NCBI RefSeq assembly: GCF_006345805.1
Contig: NC_043021.1
Span: 12,400,001 to 12,464,000 of the forward strand
Reading direction: 5' to 3'
From: Octopus sinensis
Taxonomy: Eukaryota
DNA: 64,000 nucleotides
Positions within the stretch are counted from its first letter, which is position 1; every line of letters starts with the position of its first letter. Below are positions 54,233 through 64,000 of this stretch, piece by piece. The notes under the pieces were generated by a model. The model had not been told where the DNA came from and searched no databases. It was given only the letters and a program-made list of their open reading frames with translations. Made by a program: the position numbers and the translations under genes.

Positions 54233-54944
54233 CCATTGGCTTCAATCATGTCCTCTAGACGACTTCAGAATCTCCTGTACCTCCTCTGGATGGAATCCTT
54301 GTTTAAGTTGGTGAATGCTGCCATAACCCTTGCCTGCAGTTCATCTTGGGTATTACAAGAAGTTTTGTTGGTCTCATGCTCAACTCTGCCCCACACATAA
54401 TAATCAAGAGGGTTGCAGTCTGGGGAGTTAGGTGGCCAGATGTTAAGGGTGGTGTGGTCACAGAAATTGTCTGAAAGCCACAACTGGGTTCTCCTGCTTG
54501 AGTGGCACAGTGCAGAGTCTGTTATCAGACATAGGATCCTCCAGCAGCCACCTTCTTGACCCAGAGTAGCACTACCTCCTCCAAGCACTTGATGTAGACC
54601 TCCATGTTGAGTCTGAAGCCCTGTGGGAAGATGAATTGAGGCATAATGTTGCCATCATTAGTGATCACTCCAAACACCATGATGTTGACTGGATGTTTGA
54701 TTTTTATCTCTCTTGGTACATGTCCTCAGATTGACACCCAAACACTCTGAAATGCTTGTATTGGAGCTTCTGGCATGAATGCCAAACAGTACAACATGTC
54801 TTTTCTAAATTTTTGGCAGAGTGAATTGTGTCATGGTGCTGTTTTTCTCACAGATGGTGCCCAACTGACCCTACTATACTGCAGGATCAACAAAATCGAA
54901 AACAATGTGCATGCACGAAATTAAAAATATAAAATGGTAACAGT
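54233..54944 (-). mobile_element. Tc1/mariner superfamily DD37D (maT-type) transposon fragment
   Basis: DSALCHSSRRTQLWLSDNFCDHTTLNIWPPNSPDCNPLDYYVWG has 37 residues between the D residues; upstream IKHPVNIMVFGVITNDG...VYIKCLEEVV; internally deleted and 3' end lost. Confidence 0.85.
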
Positions 54945-55729
54945 CCTCAGTCCTCAGTCAAATCGTCCAACCCATGCTAGCATGGAAAGTGGATGTTAAA
55001 CGATGATGATGATATATATATATATATATAGATAGATAGATATATCAGTCATGTTTCCTTATAAATATAACTGCATAATTGATAGTCATTTTATTTTCCA
55101 GTGTGATATCACTCTATGCATGCAAAACAACTTAGCTTTTTGACATTACACAGGTGGAAGCAAATTTCTGTTTTACACAGATCGCACCTGTTCACTTTGC
55201 AAATTCTCGCATACTTGCAACATGTAAAGCAATGTGGTATCAGAATACGTTAGCGTGTTGTTAACTTTTGCTCCTCTCCTCTTCTCCCCCCTCTCATTTA
55301 ATAACATGAGTGTAAAAGAAAAAACTCAAGCATCCATGAAGCCGTGTTAAAAATTCATTTAGTCCATAACCGGCCACTTCCTTGGCAACGTAACGCAATG
55401 CAACGCAACAAACAATGACACCAAACAGATGCTAGATCACGGATAATCAAAGCGAGCTGCAGTTATTCTGGCAAGTGCACTGAATATACAGTCGACATGA
55501 ACAGGCATCACCTGCACCACCACCACCACAATAATAATAATAATAATAATAATAATGATGATAATAAATGCTCTGTGTATGTACAGCATCTGCCATCTTT
55601 ATCATGATTGTGCCTAATGAGTTAATGGTTCATCTCCTGATCATAGAGACTATCTATAATCAAATTCATTCCAGCCATGACCATTACATCAATTTTTTTT
55701 TTCAGTTATAGTGTATGCATATCAGACAT

Positions 55730-55785
<56 letters not shown>

Positions 55786-55952
55786 TATGTCCTTTTCTGT
55801 TTTGTTTTGTTTTTATTTTTCCAAAGTGGTAGGGTATGTGGGTTGAAAGAGATTTGGTCGGTATTTCTAGCATGTCAACTGACTACATAGAGACAACCCT
55901 GTTGGCTTGAAGTATGACAGAGTTACAGAAGGTTAAAAGCATTAGGGTTTCA

Positions 55953-56185
55953 TTAACCCTTTAACATTCAGATCACTCTATCAAATATAACGTCTGTTTA
56001 TTCACAATGGTTTGAATTAAACATGGATTATCTCATAGCTTTGAGATTTCAATGATTTGATTGTTTATTTTTAGAACATTATAACGTAGAAGTGAGAAGA
56101 CAGATCTAACCAGTTCAAACATAAAATAGGAACAACAACTGAGCCGGATTCGACTGGTTTTAACACAGAAGATCTAAAGTTAATC
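55953..56185. mobile_element. piggyBac-like MITE family 1, diverged copy
   Basis: ttaaccctttaacattcagat... homologous to 27070-27288. Confidence 0.6.
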
Positions 56186-57083
56186 CTTACAAATTCATAT
56201 GTTTAATGGAGTTTACTGATACAGACATGACTGTAGTTTGAGTAAGATGTTCATTACAATACCATATAGTTTTAGGTTCTCTCCCACTGCATGGCACCTT
56301 TGGGGAGTGTCTTCTACCACATAACTTGATTATTCAAATTCATAACCATTGGCCCATTTCAGTTATTTCCCTTTACTGGTCTTTTTTTTATATATATTGT
56401 TATATCACAATACTACACAATGGCTGTGTGAGCTACGAAATCCTCATCACCACTGTTATATCGCACGTTCGGATGATCTCTACTCAACTCCTCGACGTCT
56501 AGACATCTCCTTCTATATCTACGTATTGGGCTAGCCTACTTCATCGTCTGGGAATATCGACATAATAAATATTCAAATTATACTGACCAAAAATTATCTT
56601 TTTTCTCTTTCTCTTTTTACATATGCCACTCCTGTCTTATAGGCATCAACTAGTATGAACATCCATGCAAACGTCCAAAGATTCATGACTTTCCTGGGAA
56701 AGGACTTAACAGTGGTTTCTTGTTGCCCCCTGCTAGCTTATTTTCACTTTATTCTGCTAGTGTGTTGCTCTCTCAAGCTTGCTCTTGAGGCACAGGGTGC
56801 CTTTTGTGTGTCACTGCCATAAGTTCCACTTATGATTTACTGGCACAAGTGCCTTTTACATGTCACTGGCACAAGTACCTTTTATGTGTCACCGGCACAC
56901 ACTTATTTGCAGTGGTCCTTCAGTTTTTCTAAACCCTGATAAAATTGAACTCAGAAGGTTGGGCCTCCTACCAGGCCTTTCACAATACCCTTAAAGCCAG
57001 GAACTTTTCAGCAACCCCCTCATAATAAACATGGAATCAAGAGGTGTGAAAAGCTCTTCCTTTTTATTCTGATTCTTAACTGC

Positions 57084-57533
57084 ATTAGTTAGTTAGTTAG
57101 TTAGTTAGTTAATTTGGCTCAAAAGCAAATAGCAAGGCCATGTAGGGGGACATGGAGTTAAGTACAGGGTGGTGTTCATGTAAAGAGTTCAGGCCACTTG
57201 AGGTCAAGGGAGGCTTTGAACAAAGCGGTCGTCGGCATCTTCACCATCTCGTCTGGCAGCTTGTTCCACGGATCCGCAACCCGGACGGAGAAAGCTCCTC
57301 TTCTTCGATTGAGATGAAATCGTCGCAGGTAGAGCTTTTCGGAATGACCCCGCAGCCGACGCTCTGGAGCAGGAGTGAAGAACAGCTCTTTCGAGAGGTT
57401 ACACTTTCTGCTTATGATGTTGTGGGCGAAAATGAGATCTCCACGGCGGCGGCGTTTTTCAAGAGAATAAAGGTTGAGCGTCCTCAGCCTTTCTTCATAG
57501 GACAAATTTTTGAGACCATGAACCATGCGGGTG
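57084..57533 (-). mobile_element. CR1-clade LINE, 5'-truncated 3' end with (TAAC)n tail
   Basis: Uninterrupted ORF MVHGLKNLSYEERLRTLNLYSLEKRRRRGDLI...RGHSEKL...FSVRVADPWNKLP...FKASLD, the CR1 ORF2 C-terminal signature; (ttag)n on the + strand at ~57085-57110. Confidence 0.9.
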
Positions 57534-58031
57534 TGTAATATGAACGAGATTGAGCTGCAATTTCTGGTTGGTCAAGCAATTATTCAGAAACTCCCTCAAT
57601 TGGTTCTATGGTCAAGGAGTTAAGCCACTAGACAGCAGAGACCCCAGTCTCATGTCTGAACATAATACAGCCCTTATGTCGAGCTCCCAATACACCACTA
57701 TACCTGTTTCAGTGAATGTGAGGTGGGAGCTGGAAGCTACACGTTATTCCAGCTTCGTGACTGATTACTTGGGGTTGGAAAGGTTACTCAGCTCTAATAA
57801 AATATTTTCTGTCGTAATAAATCATGTGAAAATAATTCCATTTGCTTGAAAACCACATAAGCCATGCTATCATGAAATGGCGGATGACTGAAGCATTAAA
57901 AAGTGGTGGGAGGCTTATATTGTTTGAGAAATAATAGATTCTCTGGCTTGAGTAATGGAAAATATTCTGACACTAACTATATATTCATTTGATTTATTTG
58001 AGGGAAATATATATATGTATATATATATATA

Positions 58032-58266
58032 CTGGGTTGGCTAAAAGTCATCTGATGGTAAATCAAAACCATTTAATTCCAAGATTTATTTGTTTAACAT
58101 AAATTGAATGAATTTAATAAAAGCATCTAAATATGAAACATCATGAAAAGTGTTCAAACTGAAGTCCTTCTTGAGTGACACGTTTTTCCATTTTGAGTCA
58201 ATACACAATTACAGATAGTACTTACGGAATTTTGATTTACTGTTGGGTGACTTTTGGCCAACCCTG
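58032..58266. mobile_element. Tc1/mariner-derived MITE, 235 bp
   Basis: ~37-bp TIRs (ctgggttggctaaaagtcatctgatggtaaatcaaaa versus reverse complement cagggttggccaaaagtcacccaacagtaaatcaaaa); TA flanks; residual transposase-like C-terminus VTQEGLQFEHFS* on the - strand. Confidence 0.8.
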
Positions 58267-58422
58267 TATATATATATATATACACACACACACACATACA
58301 CTCATACACGCATGTGCACACACACACATATACACATTTATGTATTTGTCTTGCAAGATTCTTGGTGTGAAATCATATATTGAAACACATGCTCTATTTA
58401 TTTGATTCATTTGAGGTATATA

Positions 58423-58460
<38 letters not shown>

Positions 58461-58464
<4 letters not shown>

Positions 58465-58664
58465 AGAGTTTATGAAAAAAACAAAAGACGAAGACAGGTG
58501 GTGTACAATACAAACAGATGTATTAGCATAAAGCTTAGGAATAGAGAAAGTCTTTTACATTTCGAGCCTACGCTCTTCTACAGAAAGGGACACAGAAAAA
58601 GCAAGGAGAGAAACAAGGAGAGAAAAAAATGTGTGTAGTGGCTAACGATCTATCATGGCGACTC
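58461..58664 (-). mobile_element. Same hammerhead-bearing repeat, copy 2
   Basis: agggagagtttatgaaaaaaacaaaagacgaagacagg...gctaacgatctatcatggcg, flanked by (TA)n on both sides. Confidence 0.6.
58551..58588 (-). ncRNA. Minimal type I hammerhead motif, A6U family, copy with CpG decay in helix III
   Basis: Minus strand: CCTTT CTGTAGA A GAGC GTAG GCTC GAAA TG TA AAAGA. Confidence 0.6.
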
Positions 58665-58701
58665 ATATATATATATATAAATTGAATTATTGTTAAGGCA
58701 C

Positions 58702-58770
58702 GGTTACTGATGAGGATTCGCCTAGCAAATTATTTTATTTGCTAAAATAATCTTAAACCTAGGTATGACT
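58702..58770 (+). ncRNA. Degenerate type I hammerhead motif (G12U), sense to SARM1
   Basis: GGTTA CTGATGA GGATT cgcc TAGCAAAT tatttt ATTTGCTA aaat AATCT TAAA CCTAGG TA TGACT. All three helices can form and helix III is the palindrome ACCTAGGT, but GAAA is replaced by TAAA. Confidence 0.5.
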
Positions 58771-59035
58771 AAAAAATAACACGGTAAAAGTTTTTATTTT
58801 TCATTTCCTTTGAAAATTGCTCTTAAAATGTGGTTTTGGTCATTTTGACTGCTTCTTCTAGCATGTCAAAATTACCTATTAAAGGTAGTTTTCTCTTGCA
58901 TTTAAATGTACACTATTATATATATATATATATATATATATGATATAAATAACTACATGTGTGTGTGTGTGTGCATATGTATTTTGCATGTATACATCCC
59001 TCATTTATTTTTCTTTCTGTCTTTACATTGAACAG

Positions 59036-59160
59036 ATAGGGTTTACTGAATATGCAGATCGCTTTGAAGACTGTCGAGTGGACGGTGACCTTCTGTTGGT
59101 CATCTCTGAGTATGACCTCCAAGACAGCATTAGGATGACTCCCAGCATTACCCGGAAAAG
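59036..59160 (+). CDS. SARM1: SARM1 internal coding exon: remainder of SAM1 domain; 125 bp, phase 0/2
   Basis: Encodes IGFTEYADRFEDCRVDGDLLLVISEYDLQDSIRMTPSITRK(R), continuing the previous exon in frame and matching SARM1 SAM1 (IGFxxYxxxFxxxxVDGDLLL...GITRKR). Acceptor ttctttctgtctttacattgaacag; donor AAG|GTAAGC at 59161. Confidence 0.93.
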
Positions 59161-59179
59161 GTAAGCCAAAACAGAATGG

Positions 59180-59880
59180 CAGCATCATTATCATCATCAT
59201 CACTGTCGTCGTTGCTGTCATCATTATCTCCGTCATCATCATCATCATCATCTCCATTATCTTGTCACATCTTTGTTGTCATCATGACAAATTGTAATAA
59301 ATGCTGATCACATCATTATTGTCATCCTTATCGTTAGCATCAACATCACTATCCTCACCACCACCATCATCATCATCATCATTGTCGTCATCATCATCAT
59401 CATTGTCGTCATCATCATCATCATTGTCATCACCATCACCTTCATTGCCTTTGTCATCTTCATAATTGGTTTACTCTCCCATATCATTGCTATCATCAAT
59501 GTTATTATGCTTTATCATCCACTTGACATCCTCCTCGTCTTCCCCATCATCATCATCATCACCATCTCCATCATCATCATCATCATTTTTGTTATCGTCG
59601 TCATTGTCATCCTCATCTTTGTCGTCGTCATCGTTATTGTCATTGTTGTCCTTATTGTTATTTTCATCATTGTTGTTTCATCTTTTTCATCATCATTGTC
59701 ATCATCCTGATCATCATCATTGTCATCATCATTGTCATCATCCTGATCATCATCATTGTCATCATCCTGATCATCATCATTGTCATCATCATTGTCATCA
59801 TCCTGATCATCATCATTGTCATCATCCTGATCATCATCATTGTCATCATCATCGTCGTCGTCGTCGTCATCATATTCATC
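59180..59880. repeat. (TCA)n-based low-complexity tract directly after the SARM1 exon
   Basis: Direct inspection; tcctgatcatcatcattgtca higher-order units at 59690-59860. Confidence 0.9.
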
Positions 59881-60099
59881 ACTACAATTGATGTTATCCT
59901 TATCAGTTGCCTGTCTTCTTTTCACAGTTACCTTCAGCTGGGTGCTGTGGCAAAGACCTTCCTTTCACAACTTCCATTGTTCTAGGTTCCAACTCAGTGC
60001 ACAACAACTTAGGGCAAAAATCTTCTACTATATAGTCTTGGATTGGTCAATAAGCTGAGGGTAGAATTTGGTAGACTAAAACTGTGCAGCACCCTATTC

Positions 60100-60290
60100 T
60101 GTGTGTGCGTGTGTGTGTGTGTGCACGTGTGTGTGCGTGTGTGTGTGTGTGTGCACGTGTGTGTGCGTGTGTGCACGTGTGTGTGCACGTGTGTGTGCGT
60201 GTGTGTGTATGTATGTGCACGTGTGTATGTGTACACATGTGTGTATGTGCGCGTGTGTGTGCACATGTGTGTGTATAGATAAAGATAGAT
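60100..60290. repeat. (TG)n with CG/CACG interruptions (alternating purine-pyrimidine)
   Basis: Direct inspection. Confidence 0.85.
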
Positions 60291-60737
60291 AGATTGATAT
60301 AGAGAGATTTGATAGATAAAGATTGATAAATAGACAAATTCCACCGAGGTCGACTTTGCCTTTCATCCTTTCGGAGTCAATTAAATAAGTACCAGTTACG
60401 CTCTGGAGTCGATGTAATTGACTTAATCCGTTTGTCTGTCCTTGTTTGTTCCCTCTGTGTTTAGCCCCTTGTGGGCAATAAAAAATAAGATAGACAGAGA
60501 GATAGATAGAGAGACAGACAAACATATGGATGACAGGCTTCTACACAGTTGTAGAGTTTCTGATATAGTCATACATACATTTTTGTATGTTTATATCCTT
60601 TACCTGCACATATCATTTGAAGAACAACAGGCATCAGTGACTGAGGTGAAGAAACTCACTGCTTTACAAATAGTGTTCTTTAAAATATAGGCTCTTCTGT
60701 GCTTGAGAAGACATGTCAGGCTAAGTGAAATCGTGTT

Positions 60738-61467
60738 CATGGTCTGTGCCCATGACACACAAAAGGCACTCATGCCAGTGACACGTGAAAGGCACCCATG
60801 CTGGTGACATGTAAAAGGCACCTGCACTAGTGAATCATAGGAGGCACCAGTGCCAGTGATGTATAAAAGGCATCCATGTGAGCAACATATACAAAGCACC
60901 CAAGCCAGTAACATGTAATGGGTACTCATGCTGATAAAATGGGTACTCGTGCTGATAATTGCCAGTGACACATAAAAGCCACTTGTGCTGGTGACACATA
61001 AAAGGCACCCATGCCTGTGACGCATAAACTATACCTGTACTGGTGGCATGTAAAAGGCACCTTTGCTGGTGCCATGTAAAATGCACTTGTAGCAAGGACA
61101 CGTAAAAGGCACCTGTGCCAGTGACACTTGAAAGGCATCCATGTAGGTGACACACAGAAGGCACCTGAGCCAGTGACATGTAATGGGCACCGGTGCCGAT
61201 AAATCGTAAAGGGTACCTGTGCCAGTGGAACCTGAAAGGCACTTGTGCCAGTGACATGTAAGAGGCGCCCAGACCTGTGACATATAAAAGGGCACCTGTT
61301 CCAGAGACGTGTGAAAGACACCCAAAACACACTGTAAAGTGGTTGGTGTTTGAAAGGACATCCATCTGTAGAAACCAAGCTGGTAAGCTCTCCAGCTCTG
61401 AACAAACCATCTAATCCATGCCAGCATGGAAAACAGACATTCAATGATGATGATGATGATGATGATG
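60738..61467 (+). mobile_element. RTE-type 3' tail element with an expanded ~27-bp sub-repeat array
   Basis: About 20 diverged gtgccagtgacatgtaaaaggcacc units followed by the standard tail and (GAT)n. Confidence 0.75.
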
Positions 61468-61927
61468 CGTTACAGATAGTTCCTTGTTGTAAATTTAGTC
61501 GACCAGCCAGTGATTGGCCCATTGGAAATTGTGTAACCAATGAGGCTGGGCTATTATTCACAAATTCTGGTTTAAACTAATTGACATATGCGTCCTTGTT
61601 TTTGCCTCCATCACGCCTTTTCTTGTTGTCATCAGTTAAATATGCCAACGCAACCTGGCTGTGTTCTCCTACAACTATAACTAATTTTTTCTTGATCTGC
61701 TGAAGATGTTTGCACCTTGCCCTGGCAAACACATACAACAAACATACTCATGTAAGTACATGCATGCACACAGGTACCTGTGTGTGTGTGTGTGCATATG
61801 TATACATATATGTATACACATATATATATGCATACATACATACAAACACTCACAAATATATATATACATACATACAGTAATACATATGTATACACACATA
61901 CATACATTATACATACACACATACATG

Positions 61928-61959
<32 letters not shown>

Positions 61960-62336
61960 CATACACACACACAGCACTGACTTACATGCATACATTACCG
62001 GTACAGTACTGTAGGTATCTGATTTTATCTTAAAATGTTGATAATAAAGGTTTAAAATTATTTGACTGCCTTCAAGCACGATTAAAAGAAAAAGCCACAA
62101 ATAGAAGAAAAACGAATCAAGCAAATTTACCTGAACTGTCATAGCAACAACAACAACAACAACAACAACACCTGCAACAATAACAAAAGCACACTGACAT
62201 CAAAAATAAGTTTTATTTGTAACAAATAATAAACATTAAACAGACACAAATGATTTCTAAGCACGAAAATACACATTTATTATTAGTGCCCCAGGGTAAG
62301 TGTGTGTGTGTCACATATATATATATATATATATAT

Positions 62337-62542
62337 AACGGGAAGCTTTATGAAAATAAACAAAAGACGAAGGCAGGTGGAAAACAAACGAACAATTGTA
62401 TTAGTATGGCGCTCAGGAAATATAAATAAGACAAGTCTTTAACGTTTCGAGCCTACGCTCTTCAACAGAAAGATACACAGAGAGAGAAAAACACAGAAAG
62501 AAGGAGAGAAAAAAAATGCGTGCAGTAGCTAACGAATCAACT
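62337..62542 (-). mobile_element. Same hammerhead-bearing repeat, divergent subfamily, copy 3
   Basis: Same layout with diverged flanks but a conserved ribozyme segment; begins at a (TA)n tract. Confidence 0.6.
62436..62473 (-). ncRNA. Minimal type I hammerhead motif with A6U core variant (best copy)
   Basis: Minus strand: TCTTT CTGTTGA A GAGC GTAG GCTC GAAA CG TT AAAGA. Helix I 5 bp, helix II 4 bp, ACGT palindromic helix III. Confidence 0.7.
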
Positions 62543-62794
62543 TACATACATTGTGTATGTGTGTGTATATATATATATATATACATACATTGTGTGTGCG
62601 CGCGTGTGTGTATATATATATATATATTTATTGAACTGGATAAATGAATTATCTTGTTACGGATTATTCAAAATTATAACCGATACCTGGGTAGCAAAAA
62701 TCACAACAGAAAAATATATATACATACATGTTTATCTGTATATCTATATATGTGTATATATATATGTGTGTGTGTGTGTGTGTACATATATCAT

Positions 62795-64000
62795 CATTAT
62801 CATCATCATCAATTAACGTCCGTTTTCCATGCTGGCATGGGTTAGACGCTTTGACTAAGGCCTGGAAAGCCAGCAGCTGCACCAAGCTCCAATCTGATCT
62901 AGCAAAGTTTCTACAGTTGGATGCCCTTCGTAATGCCAACCACTCCGAGAGTGTTGAGGGTGCTTTTTACATGCCACCAGCACAGGTGTCAGTTAGGCGG
63001 GCCTGGCAATGATTATGTTCAGGTGGTGCTTTTTACTTGCCACCGGCATGGGAGCCAGTCAGGCAGACCTGGTGTCGACCACATTCAGATGGTGCTTTTT
63101 ACATGCCACTAGCACGGGAGCTAGTCAGGCGTCACTAGGTCTTCTCAAGCATATCATATTACCCAATGCATCAGGGGTATTCTTAACAGAGAGAGTGACA
63201 CTTCCTCAGACAGCTGTCTTCATTCATGCGTAACACATGGCCATACCAGTGCAGTTGCCTCTCTTGCACACCACATTTGATGCTTCTTATGCCCAACTTT
63301 TCTTTAGGGTGCTTGCACTCGCTCGTGTATGCACACTGACATTACACATCCAACGGATCATACTAAGCTTCATTTCTTTCAAACCTACACATGTCTTTAG
63401 CATTCGTGGCCCATATCTCACTGTCATGTAGCATGGCAGTTCACACACGTGCATCATATGATCTGCCTTTCACCCTGAGTGAGAGGCCCTTTATTGCCAG
63501 CAGAGTTAGGAGCTCCCTGAACTTTGCCCAGGCTATTCTTACTCTAGTCACGACACTCTCAGAGCAACTGCCCCCACTACAGACTTGGTCACCAAGGTAG
63601 CAGAATCTATTAACTACTTCTAGTTTCTCCCACAGGCATGTGATGGAATCTGTTTTCTGTAAATCTTCAGTGTTTATTGCCTCAGTGCATCTGCCACACA
63701 CAAAAACTATTTTCCCAGTTAACCTTCCTTTGATATTGCTGCACCTTTTATGTATCCATAGCTTACACTGGGTACATCATATGGAGTTTCTACCCATGCC
63801 TTTGCTACAGATCAAGCAGAGCCATCTACCTGAATGGTGTTGTGATTTGACAGCCTTCCTACTTACTAAGACTTTGGTTTGGGCTAGGTTAACCCTAAAG
63901 CCCTTCAATTCTAAACCTTGCTTCCACACCCTAAACTTCATCTCCAGTTCTGGCAGTGACTCGGTTATTAGAGCAAGTTCCCAAGGGCAACCTATCTTGA
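62795..64000 (-). mobile_element. RTE-clade LINE fragment running off the window end; RT remnant, Cys/His finger, 3' UTR
   Basis: KIGCPWELALITESLPELEMKFRVWKQGLELKG...CLICSKG...CTQCKLWIHKRC...CGRC...LEVVNRFCYLGDQ...WAKFRELL; same 3' tail as 41270. Confidence 0.9.

Noticed and set aside
57550-57849. 99-aa ORF next to the CR1
   Set aside because: No recognisable motif or splice signals; cannot be supported as coding.
59308-59925. Asp-rich and His/Cys-rich ORFs
   Set aside because: (TCA)n low complexity; not coding.
59928-59985. Possible next SARM1 exon after the acceptor cttcttttcacag
   Set aside because: The phase-2 continuation gives SYLQLGAV... then TAG, with no similarity to the expected F(L/F)REL SAM linker; the next exon lies beyond the window.
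60835-61561. ORFs of 130-210 aa
   Set aside because: Produced by the ~27-bp tandem sub-repeat of the RTE tail.
61700-61740. CTGAAGA followed by a 7-bp hairpin
   Set aside because: No GAAA, helix III or cleavage triplet follows.

Overview
AT-rich, microsatellite- and SINE-saturated eukaryotic DNA; the repeat complement resembles Octopus (inference). The only recognisable host gene is SARM1 (ARM-SAM-SAM-TIR NADase) on the + strand. It contributes two consecutive coding exons (4282-4458, end of ARM/start of SAM1; 59036-59160, rest of SAM1) separated by a 54,577-bp GT-AG intron. The intron holds tRNA-derived SINE families, RTE LINE fragments plus many copies of their 3' tail, a young-looking CR1 3' end, a full-length decayed DD34D mariner, a DD37D fragment, MITEs, Helitron-like pieces and several minisatellites. 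The most interesting signal is a set of short inserts, mostly anchored in microsatellites, that carry type I hammerhead ribozyme motifs with palindromic helix III, the architecture known from Penelope-like elements and retrozymes. One has a fully canonical core (30861-30953, - strand), one has an intact core with worn stems (19638-19725, -), and a three-copy minimal family shares a non-canonical A6U core (-). The two + strand (sense) motifs are both lesioned. All structures were folded by eye and repeat boundaries are approximate.
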